From Octopus sinensis (lineage: Eukaryota): a DNA stretch of 38,885 bases. The DNA lies in contig NW_021835734.1 in NCBI RefSeq assembly GCF_006345805.1, positions 1 through 38,885 of the forward strand, given 5' to 3'. The notes beneath the pieces were generated by a model that worked only from the letters and a program-made list of their open reading frames with translations, was not told the origin of the DNA and did not search any database. Shown one piece after another: positions 13,053 through 22,476 of this stretch. Every line of letters begins with the position of its first letter. Position 1 is the stretch's first letter. A program made the translations under genes and the position numbers.

Positions 13053-13108
13053 GAAGGTCGTCTGGAGATACGACTGTAGTGTGCTTTTGTTGGGACGACA
13101 AAAAACCT

Positions 13109-13121
13109 AGGGAGGGGGTAG
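13109..13121 (+). promoter_or_regulatory. Polypurine tract
   Basis: AGGGAGGGGGTAG immediately precedes the TG of the 3' LTR. Confidence 0.85.
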
Positions 13122-13905
13122 TGTTACGGACGCAAGGAAAATGTAAAAGAACAAAAAACCATAATGCCCCTTGTTCCATTAGTTGGAATCGAACCGGCGC
13201 TCCAGTTGTTCACGATATTTCTCTTCTTCTAGCTGCTACCCGCTATAAATACAGATAGCATTAAGTTAAGGAGTCAGTGAGTGGGAGAGAGACTGGACGA
13301 GAAGCAGCCACGATGACAGAGAGAGATGACAACGAGCGGCCGGGCAAGTTGTCGTGGTGGGAGTTTGTGAAGTTAAAATTGTTGCGGACGCAAATTAAGA
13401 AACGAATGTTTTTTTCTGTAGATTTTAAATTCTAATGTTTAAATGTAAAAGTCTAAAAAAAAGAAGAGACGATGTGTCGTTGAAAAGACAAAAAAGAGCA
13501 TGTTGTTGGCTGTTTTTAAAAGAAAAGAAAAAAAAGAACTTGGAAATGTTTTTAAAAGCAGAAGGAACTTTTTGAGAACTGTCGTATTAAAAAAAAAAAA
13601 GGAAAGTGGAACTCTAAGAGACTGTTGATTGTGAACTTTGTGCTAAATGTAAAATGTTTTGTTCTTCGAACTCTGTACATGATTTGTCAACCTTTGTTGT
13701 GAATGCTTTGGTTTTGTACGCAAAAAAAATGTTTGAATTATGCAACTTCCGCCTGTGTCTCTTCTTTTGTTGTTGTGTTGGTTCCAGGCTGTGTTCACCA
13801 CTTTCCCCCTTCCCGTGGTAGATTTCCGGTTTACTGAGTGTCATCGTCGCAACTTAGGGCCTGTGGTGGCATCAGAAGGCCTTGGGCCTGAGTGGCGGCA
13901 TAACA
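13122..13905 (+). repeat. Complete 3' LTR (784 bp, TG...CA)
   Basis: Starts TGTTACG after the PPT and ends CATAACA; its last 334 bp match the 5' LTR remnant. Confidence 0.93.
13244..13250 (+). promoter_or_regulatory. Candidate LTR TATA box
   Basis: TATAAAT lies about 120 bp into the LTR; motif only. Confidence 0.3.
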
Positions 13906-15485
13906 ATATATATATACACATACATATATATATATATATATACATACATATAATTATTAGTAGTGTCGGCTATAGCCTAGTCACCCGTATAGTTAACCAG
14001 GTGATACACAAAGGAGTCATTCCCAATGACTGGTGTAGCAGCATAATAGTCAACTGCTACAAAGGTAAAGGTGACGCCCTAGATACAAATAACTACAGGG
14101 GTATCAAGCTGCTGGATCAGGTAATGAAGGTTATGGAGAGGGTCATAGCCCAACTAATTAGGGAGAGAGTTAGCATAGATGAGATGCAGTTTGGGTTCGT
14201 GCCAGGGAAAAGCACCTCTGATGCCATATTCCTGGTAAGACAGCTGCAGAAATACCTAGCCATAGATAAGCCCCTGTACTTGGCTTTTGTTAACATGGGG
14301 AAAGCCTTCGAAAGGGTCCCCCGATCCCTTATCTGGTGGTCAATGAGGAAACTAGGGATAGATGAATGGCTAATGCGAGCCATGTACAGGGACGCTATTA
14401 GTAAGGTGAGGGTTGGCAGTGAATACAGTGAAGAATTCCAGGTAGAGGTAGGGGTCCACCAAGGCTCAGTCCTCAGCCCCCTCCTATTTATCATAGTCCT
14501 CCAGGCAATAACGGAGGAATTCAAGACAGGATGCCCCTGGGAGCTCCTATATGCTGAGTCACTATCAGAACTGGAGGAGAAGTTTCAGGTGTGGAAGCAA
14601 GGATTAGAATTAAAGGGCCTTAGAGTCAACCTAGCTAAAACCAAAGTCGTAATAAGTAGGAAGGTAGACAAATCACAAACGCCTTCAGGTAGATGGCTCT
14701 GCTCAATCTGTAGAAAAGGTGTAGGTAGAAACTCTATAAGATGCACCAAGTGTAAGCTATGGACACACAAGAGGTGCAGCAATGTCAAAGGAGGGCTAAC
14801 TAGGAAAATAGTTTTTGTTTGTGGCAGATGCTCAGGAGCAATAAACACTGAAAATGTGCAGAGACCAACTTCTACCACATTCCAGGGAGAAAAACTAGAA
14901 GTAGTCAATAGCTTCCGTTACCTAGGTGACCAAGTCAGTAGTGGGGGAGGGTGTGCTGAAAGTGTAACTGCTAGAATAAGAATAGCCTGGGAAAAGTTCA
15001 GAGAGCTCTTACCCCTGCTGGTGACAAAAGGCCTCTCGCACAGAGTAAAAGGCAGACTGTATGATGCATGTGTACGAACAGCCATGCTACATGGTAGTGA
15101 AACATGGGCTGTGACTGCTGAGGATATGTGTAAGCTCACAAGAAATGAAGCCAGTATGCTCCGATGGATGTGTAATGTCAGTGTTCATACTCAACAGAGT
15201 GTAAGTACCTTGAGAGAAAAGTTGGACCTAAGAAGCATCATTTGTGGTGTGCAAGAGAGACGATTGCACTGGTATGGTCATGTGGCGAGAATGGATGAAG
15301 ATAGTTGTGTGAAAAAGTGCCAATCCCTAGCAGTTGAGGGAACCTGTGGAAGAGGTAGACCCAGGAAAACCTGGGACGAAGTGGTGAAGCACGACCTTCA
15401 AACATTAGGTCTCACCAAGGCAATGACTAGAGACCGAGACCTTTGGAAGTATGCTGTGCGTGAGAAGACCCAGCAGGACAAATGA
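13740..15485 (+). other. 581-codon chimeric ORF: LTR-derived N-terminus, TA linker, RTE RT/PHD
   Basis: Uninterrupted ORF in the track, spanning the LTR/TA/RTE junctions. Expression unknown. Confidence 0.5.
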
Positions 15486-16033
15486 GACCATAACCCATGG
15501 CCTCTACCTGGGATGTAGCCAGTCCACTTATGCATACCTTCCCTTCTTGGGACACAAAACTCTGCTTGCAAAGACCTGTTGAGGCAAGTGGAAATCAGAA
15601 CCAAAATCGAAGTTGATCAACATCAATGGAAATTGCATCTGTGATACCAGTGCCGGTGGCACGTAAGCGAACAATCCGATCATGACCGTTGCCAGTGCCA
15701 CCCCGACTGGCCTCCGTGCCAGTGGCACGTAAAAAGCACCATCCGATCGTGGTCGTTGCCAGCCTCGCCTAGCCCCCGTGCCGGTGGTACGTAAAAAGCA
15801 CCATCCAACCGTGGCCGTTTGCCAGCCCCATCTGGCACCTGTGTTGGTGGCATGTAAAAAGCACCCAGTACACTCACGGAGTGGTTGGTGTTAGGAAGGG
15901 CATCCTGCTGTAGAAACACTGCCAGATCAGACTGGGCCTGGTGCAGCCTTCTGGCTTCCCAGACCCCAGTTGAACCGTCCAACCCATGCCAGCATGGAAA
16001 GCGGACGCTAAATGATGATGATGATGATGATGA
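13955..16033 (+). mobile_element. RTE-clade LINE copy 1, 5'-truncated (RT with PHD insert, tandem-repeat 3' UTR, (GAT)n tail)
   Basis: KGKGD...NYRGIKLL, QFGF, HQGSVLSPLLF, FRYLG, LRWM, WYGHV and GRPRKTW; 3' end AGGAAGGGCATCC...(GAT)n. Confidence 0.93.
15650..15870 (+). repeat. Tandem repeat of 62-66 bp units in the RTE 3' UTR
   Basis: GTGCCGGTGGCACGTAAAAAGCACCATCCG units start at about 15650, 15716, 15778 and 15841. Confidence 0.9.
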
Positions 16034-16419
16034 CACACACATCGTTATCAGCTCATTCAGCTTTGACCTGGCCTGACACTCTGTTTACTAATTTGTCCTG
16101 GCCATCCTGTAAAATGATACTTCAGTAAAGGAAGCTCTATGTGGTCATTTGACTTACTAGAAATGCCAGTTACATATCTCTTAAACCGTATCAAGAAAAG
16201 AAAAAAGAAACAATACAAGTCAAGTGAAAGAAGTCAAGGAAGTATGTGTGTGTGTATGTATATGTGTAATATACAAATATACCTATGTGTGTGTGTGTGT
16301 GTGTGTAGTGTGTGTGTGTGTGTATGTATGTAATATACAAATATACATGTGCGTATATGTAAATGTGTAATATACAAATGTGCGTATGTGTGTCCCACCC
16401 TGTAACTTGTTTTTACTGG

Positions 16420-16565
16420 ATACTGCTTGACAATCAGCATGTGTTTATGTCCCATAACTCAGTGATTTAGCAAAATAGAAACCAGCAGAATAAGTAGACT
16501 TCTTAAACCTTACAAGGCAGTGCTCCAGCATGGCCGCAGTCCAATAACTGGAACAAGTAAGCCAG
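16420..16565 (+). mobile_element. 3' half of the abundant tRNA-derived SINE
   Basis: Matches 29335-29500 (GTGCTCCAGCATGGCCGCAGTC). Confidence 0.75.
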
Positions 16566-16671
16566 TGAAAGAGCAACGGACACAAAATAGCAATATGTCT
16601 GCTTGGCCAGCATTAACCTGGGACCAAACGACGACAAAAGGAAAGAAACACAAAAATAGTAAATAAATAAA

Positions 16672-16911
16672 TGCACCCTTTTAAAGCCTAGCCAGGTTCA
16701 TGGGCCCAGTTTCTATGGCGTATGTGTTCCCCAGCTGGACGGGATGCAAGTCCATCGCAGCGTTACTCATTTTTGCCAGCTGAGTGGACTGGAGCAACGT
16801 GAAATGAAGTGGTTTGCTCAAGAACACAATGTGTCGCCCGGTCCAGGAATCGAAACCACAATCTTACGATCACGATGCTGACACCCTAACCACTAAACCA
16901 TGCCACTCCAC
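16672..16911 (-). mobile_element. tRNA-derived SINE with Meta/V-like central domain
   Basis: On the minus strand: A box TGGTTTAGTGG, B box GGTTTCGATTCC, then TCTTGAGCAA..CACTTCATTTCAC and GCGATGGACTTGCATCCCGTCCAG. The domain assignment is from memory. Confidence 0.7.
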
Positions 16912-16944
16912 CCTGACAGTAGATAATGAAAATGAAATGCTCAC

Positions 16945-17312
16945 CTGCTGGAATATAAGTAATTGCATTGATCTGTACGTTTTTGTCTGCTATTTCCGAT
17001 GACTTTCCAGCAAACTCTGCACAGCGCTGCAACAGGCCACCAGTTATACTCGTAGATCTTTGTGGACCTTCATGTGATTCCCTCTTGATACATTCTTGAA
17101 GGAAAAGTATGTTTTTATCATCAATGGTCGCTTTTATAATGTTTTTCAACTGGTTGTATCTCATAACGCTTCCCTTCGATCGTTGATAAGAAGTATCTAA
17201 GTTCTTAATAATGTCGCAGAGTTTCAGCTTTTTGCTGTCAGCATCTTTCAATTTCTTCTGCATCAACATATACTCCTTCTGCAGTTGTTCTTTCCCAGTC
17301 ATTTCGTTCAAA
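16945..17312 (-). CDS. Internal coding exon (368 nt, phase 2 to phase 1) of an unidentified host gene with predicted coiled coil
   Basis: Acceptor tttttatctcttattttAG|T and donor GCAG|GTGAGC. There are 122 stop-free codons (LNEMTGKEQLQKEY...NAITYIPA) and no TE motifs. Confidence 0.72.
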
Positions 17313-17481
17313 CTAAAATAAGAGATAAAAATAGCTAGTGTAATTATCAATAACGAGTTGGCTCCCAAGCCTCATTTAACATTTTATCCCAGGGTTCCAG
17401 TATGATATCTTAATTAATTTTGACATGAGCAGCATAAAATTCTTACACTATACCAAATGTGAGGCAAGAATCACATATGTA

Positions 17482-17985
17482 GTGTAAGATACCTGTGTCC
17501 CACCAGAGGGTCGTGTGGTACCCTAATTCATATCACATCCTAGATACCACATAACCTACCCATGGTCAATTTAAAATTGGGGTATTTTCTATTGGAAGAT
17601 TTGAAAAAAAAGATTTCAAAAAGAGCTATTTTGGTTTCCATGGCAAGTAAAATAATTTTCTTGTTTCTATTGGAAAATCTACCAATTTTTTCAAAAAGAA
17701 CTAGCTATTTTTGTTTCAATAGCAAATAAAATTTTCTCAATACCCAACCTTTTATTTTACCTCATTAAATGGTGAAATCAGAAGAAAAATGAAAAAAAAA
17801 AAATCAATAAAAAAATTGTTCTTTTAGTGTAGCAAAAGTACAAATCAAAGCAAAAGGAGAGTACCAGCTCACAGAAAGCCCATGGGAAAGAAATTAAGAA
17901 ATGACCCGCTGGTGGGTCAGGCAGGACTCGCTAACATACCACCACGACCCATCAGCAGGACAGGTGGGAGCCAATGTGTTAACCC
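17482..17985. mobile_element. Possible degenerate MITE (TTAA-ended)
   Basis: TCCCACC..GGGTCGTG-TGGTA near 17496-17520 versus an inverted copy near 17935-17968; AT-rich interior. Confidence 0.3.
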
Positions 17986-18269
17986 TTTAAGTTCAGGTGT
18001 GGCTTATTGAAAAACTGCTACATTCTCACAGAATATTGGGAAGGAATGACTCTGCTTGTATGACAGTGGCACTCATTTACGACTATCATGCAATGTCAAA
18101 ACTAGGAACAGAAACACACACACACACATATATTCATACATGTATATAATATACTTGTGAGTGTACTCTTTCGTTATTTGAAAAAAGTTTGTTTTTTATG
18201 TTTTTGTTTATGTTCTTGTTTCTCATTTTATTCACACTTTTTTAACATCTGTACATGTTTATATATATA

Positions 18270-18639
18270 CTAGCAGTATCGCCCGGCGTTGCTCGGGTTT
18301 GTAAGGGAAATAACTATAAAGCATTTTTAGAGAGTTATAGCCAAAAAATAGCAAAAAAATGGAAAAAAATTATGGTAAATTTTTTTTGAGAGTAAAAAAA
18401 GGTGGAGTTTGCGGTTTGTGTTTCTGATTCTCGACCCCATGTCGAATTTATCGATTTTGTTCAGAACTGGGGGAACTTTTCAAAATTTTCGCTGCGTTAG
18501 TTTTGAATTATGACATTGGGCTATGTGTGTGTCAAGTTTCATCAGAATCGGTTGAAAGCCGTGGTCAGGGTGAGGGTACAACCTGACAGACACACAGAAA
18601 CACGCACAGACAAACTGCCGTTTATATAGAGAGAGAAGA
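18270..18639 (-). mobile_element. Non-autonomous Helitron, 370 bp
   Basis: The minus strand reads A|TC...CTAG|T, with the subterminal hairpin CCCGGCGTTGCTCGGG at 18282-18297. Confidence 0.8.
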
Positions 18640-19333
18640 TATATGTAGGTATGTACATATACGTATATATGCATATATTCATATATTAATTATATCATTA
18701 TTTGATCGAATGCCACACACCCATTCCCACGTCAGTTTTATCTTAATAATTCCAATGTGCACTCTACATCCTATCTCTATTCTATCTCCCTCTCTTCTTC
18801 TTCCTTTCAGTTTTTCTCTCCCACTCTTTCCCTGTTCTTCTCCTCTCGCCTTCACCGTTCCCACTCTCTCTCATTCTTCCTCCTTCATTCTCTCGTTGCT
18901 CAGACATGACCAACGGCTATCTATCTTTCTTTCTTCCATTTCCTTCCGAAAGACAAGACGTGCTTTTGCCTGTCTCTTCTCAAAGCTTGTTTTTCCAGTG
19001 TTCACCACTTCACCTCATCATGGCTTAACAGCCCTCACCATTTGTTTTTACTGTCCTTATTTTCACATGCATGTAGAGGGAGAGGACGTCAAAAAATAAA
19101 GAGACCATAAACATAGAAAACGAACTTTTTTTCGAACAACGAAAGAAACAAATAGAGAAACGAGACAGGCAACATAAAGAACATTCCATTCATCAGTTGT
19201 CCCATTTTATCTACTCCGCGTTTTGAAGGTAGGGACAAGATGAGACTTCGTTAAAATAGTCCTTCCCGCAAAGCAAATTAAATCAAATTTGGGATTTTTT
19301 GCAGAGAGTTAAAGTGGTAACAAAAGCAGCCAG

Positions 19334-19730
19334 ATGCTATGGCAGGCTTTCAGCCCAGATGTGAACCCAATTGAACACCTGTGGAATGAAATCCAGAGAC
19401 AGCTGAACCAGGTGGTCCCAAGGCCAACAACTCGTGTGGAACTGGAGGCAGCTTTCCTCAGGGTGTGGGCACAGGTACCAATGGCTTTTGTGAACCGCCT
19501 CATACCCTCCATGTTCCGTTTTGAACACCCGGGGGGGACATACACAGTACTGAACATGTCATGCCCTACAATCTCAATGTGCTGGATCCATCCACTACCA
19601 GAAGACATGACAACGACCCATAGACTGTGGTCAAAGTGCATCCAAAAAAATGATTTTATCAGATTTATCAAAATTTATCTCTCACATAATGAAATTAAAA
19701 CATATTTCACAGTCACACATCTAACATTTC
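19334..19730 (+). mobile_element. Tc1 (DD34E) transposase C-terminal relic
   Basis: W.AFSPDVNPIEHLW...PRPTT..ELEAAFLRVW corresponds to the Tc1 WP..SPDLNPIE motif. Confidence 0.85.
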
Positions 19731-19754
19731 TTTTCCAAGAAAGACCTTTGATCC

Positions 19755-19829
<75 letters not shown>

Positions 19830-19831
<2 letters not shown>

Positions 19832-19965
19832 ATGTCATCATCATTATCCTCATTCCACATCTGTTTTCCATGCTAGCATGACAGGAGCTGGTAAGGCCAA
19901 GGACCACACCAGGCTCCCTGGTCTGTCCTGGCATCATTTATACTGCTGGATGCCCTTCCTAACAT
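19830..19965 (-). mobile_element. Short RTE 3' stub
   Basis: CATCAT...TTTTCCATGCTAGCATG...CTGGATGCCCTTCCTAAC is the reverse complement of the RTE terminus. Confidence 0.7.
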
Positions 19966-20004
19966 CAATATATATATATATATATACACACACACAGGCA
20001 TACA

Positions 20005-20135
20005 TCCATACAATGGGCTTCTTTCAATTTCCATCTAACAAATCCACTTGCTCTAGGTACAATGCTGTGGGATAAGACATACAACCAAGTGGTTGGGAAG
20101 CAAACCTTCTCAACCACACAGCTACACCGGCAATA
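20005..20135 (-). mobile_element. tRNA-derived SINE head fragment
   Basis: Reverse complement matches GTGGCTGTGTGGT...GAAACTGAAAGAAGCCC. Confidence 0.6.
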
Positions 20136-20384
20136 ATATCTGAAACAAAAACAATCCTAGATGTGACAAACCTTGCATACTATGCTCTACAGCACACAAT
20201 AAGGAAACCACTGGAGAAGAAGTACCTAGTTAGCTGCAATAAAAACCAGGTAATGGCCTGTTATTAATCAAGTTGTATCTAGGTTATTGGTGATAAATAT
20301 TTGGCCTGCTATATCCTGGGAATGATATTTAATCTATGTGGACAGTTACTACTAACTTACTGAGGTCGCTGTTGATGTCAACAA

Positions 20385-20585
20385 GGAAGCATCTATGGTA
20401 GCTCTTCCAGCTAGAAACAGCAGGCAAATATCCCACATATCTCACCCTACTATATTAAAAAAGAACACATTGGATAATGTGGTCCAGGTACACTATACTG
20501 AAAAAAATCAGGATGGTCAGGATTGGAATGCCTTTAATTATGATCCTGCTAGGTCAGGACTGGCCTAAGGCTAAACAACAACACA
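20385..20585 (+). mobile_element. Unclassified short interspersed repeat with (CAA)n tail
   Basis: CTAGAAA(C/T)AGCAG..AAAT.CC...GGATGGTCA...GGAA family, also at about 16130-16200, 23335-23565(-), 32440-32620 and 34180-34325. Confidence 0.6.
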
Positions 20586-21014
20586 AATACATATATATGT
20601 ATACATACGTACGTACATACATACATAAGAGTGAGAGAGAGAGAGAGAGAGAGTAGGTAGATAGGTATGTGTGTGTGTGTGATGATGATGATGACAACAC
20701 ACAGATTATCTTCCTTAGAACATTAAAGATTAGATAATTAAATTCAGATCATCCATTCATAGAATTCTTTTGTTGTAAACAGCATAGTAAATGTGTGTGT
20801 GTGTGTGTGTTTGTCAGAATAAATATATAATACATGCATGTATGTATGCATATATATTTATAATGTGTGTGTGTGTGTGTGTGTGTGTGCATACTTGTTC
20901 TGTGTCTGCTTATTCATAAGCATTTTGTGCTTGAGTGAGACAGTCCCAAACAATTATGAATATGTGAGTGGGTTAGTGTGTCAATGTATGTATACAGGTG
21001 CAGATATTTTAACT

Positions 21015-21395
21015 TTTACCTGTTTCTGTCATTAGATTGTGGCCATGCTGGGGCACCACCTTAAAGAATTTTTAATCGAAAGAATTGACTCCAGTACTTT
21101 TAGTTTTTCTAAAGCCTGGTCCCTATTGTGCTGGACCCTTTTGCCAAACTGCTTACAGAGATGGAAACACATCAACACCAGTTGTCAAACAGTAGTCGGA
21201 TGCACAGACAGACACACACACACACACACACGATGAGCTTATTTCATGTTCTGTCTCCTAAATCCACTCACAAGTCTTTGGTTGGCCTGAAGCTAAAGTA
21301 GAAAACATTTGTCCAAGGTGCCATGCAGTGGGACTGAACCCAGAACCATGTGGTTGAGAGGCAGACTTCTTACCACACAGCCACACCTGCACCTA
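21015..21395 (-). mobile_element. Full-length tRNA-derived SINE with internal (CA)n
   Basis: A box TGGCTGTGTGG and B box GGTTCAGTCCC on the minus strand; 3' end GTGCCCCAGCATGGCCACAATC. Confidence 0.85.
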
Positions 21396-21841
21396 TAACG
21401 ATACACACTGCACACATGTAATAGCTGTATCTGATTCTTTAGTAGACAAGTACGAGCATGATTATTTTTTATGTATGCTTGTATATGTACCCCAAGCACA
21501 CATAGAAGTGCATATAGTTAAGTGTATCTAGGTTCAGTCTCAGAAACTCAAATGGAGATTCTTTGGAATAATAATCAACTGGCTTTAACGAGTGCTTGCC
21601 ATTTTGCTTTCTTCTTTCTTAGAAATGAGCATTTCAAGATTGTTATGCAAATCTGTTGTTACTTAACCTAGGAGTAGGAACAAATGAAAATCTATAGCCA
21701 GGATATAAGAGCTTTAGTTCACCAGAAGTTCTTTTTTCTCACAATTTTAAATAAGAATTTCACACGCATTCAGTAACTGACCTCTACAAAAGTACATTAT
21801 TTACATTTGACGGATATTTGCCCTCATCTTGTTTGTTGCCA

Positions 21842-21885
21842 ACACTACGTTTCGGCTGATATACCCTCCAGCCTTCATCAGGTGT
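21842..21885 (-). ncRNA. Minimal type I hammerhead ribozyme motif
   Basis: ACAC-CUGAUGA-A-GGCUG(gaggguauau)CAGCC-GAAA-CG-UA-GUGU: stem I ACAC/GUGU, stem II of 5 bp, palindromic ACGU stem III and GUA cleavage triplet. Confidence 0.75.
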
Positions 21886-22170
21886 CTTGGGGAAATTTCA
21901 AACCTGGGTTCTCATTCCTAAGGTATTTTTCGATGCTGTTGTTGTTATTATTATTATTATTATAATTATTATTCAGGTCACTGCTTGGAATCGAACTCAG
22001 AATCTTGGGTTAGTAGCCCGTGCTCTTAACCACTACACCATATGCCTGCGGGCATATGTTTGATTCCTGAATAATAATAATATTATTAATAATAATGATA
22101 ATAATAACAACAACAACATTGAAAAATACCTTAGGAAGGAATGAGAACCCAGGTTCAAAATTTCCCCAAG

Positions 22171-22213
22171 ACACTTGATGAAGGCTGGAGGGTATATCAG
22201 CCGAAACATTGTT
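22171..22213 (+). ncRNA. Degenerate hammerhead copy in the opposite arm
   Basis: ACAC-UUGAUGA-A-GGCUG..CAGCC-GAAA-CAUUGUU; C3 is changed to U and stems III/I are damaged. Confidence 0.55.
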
Positions 22214-22438
22214 AACAACAAACAAGATGAGGACAAATATCCGTCAAATGTAAATAATTCCTCATCTTTTAAATATAGAACTGTACTCTACAACAGTGTT
22301 TGACTTTTGCTCCCGGCTCCACAGAACATTATTAGGTCTGTTGCCATTGTACTAAGCTGGTGCTTAAATTGGATGTTCCACCAATATTCTATGAATGCAT
22401 GTGTATGTGTGTTTGTCTATGGATGTCTGCATTCATGT

Positions 22439-22476
<38 letters not shown>

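Larger units (their letters stand above)
8043..13905 (+). mobile_element. Ty3/Gypsy LTR retrotransposon, decayed (gag-PR-RT-RH-INT order)
   Basis: Paired LTR sequence, PBS, PPT and all pol domains in Gypsy order; multiple frameshifts and stops. Confidence 0.96.
21794..22285. mobile_element. Palindromic element: head-to-head tRNA-like heads with Penelope-type hammerhead tails
   Basis: 21797-21978 is the reverse complement of 22064-22260. The centre is CATATGCC-TGCG-GGCATATG. There are A/B boxes on the minus strand (21975-22045) and a possible 13-bp TSD (cctctacaaaagt / actctacaacagt). Confidence 0.75.

Noticed and set aside
15650-15870. CRISPR-like array
   Set aside because: The units are contiguous with no unique spacers, there are no cas genes, and they sit in a eukaryotic LINE UTR.
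20130-20270. Plus-strand open frame ending at CAG|GTAATG
   Set aside because: Short, with no clear acceptor, and overlapping a SINE edge.
21560-21660. Minus-strand peptide DLHNNLEMLISKKEESKM as an exon
   Set aside because: There is no GT donor of compatible phase, and the splice signals are weak.
21975-22045. Possible tRNA gene (Ser-like)
   Set aside because: A and B boxes are present, but there is no convincing acceptor stem; it is treated as a SINE head.
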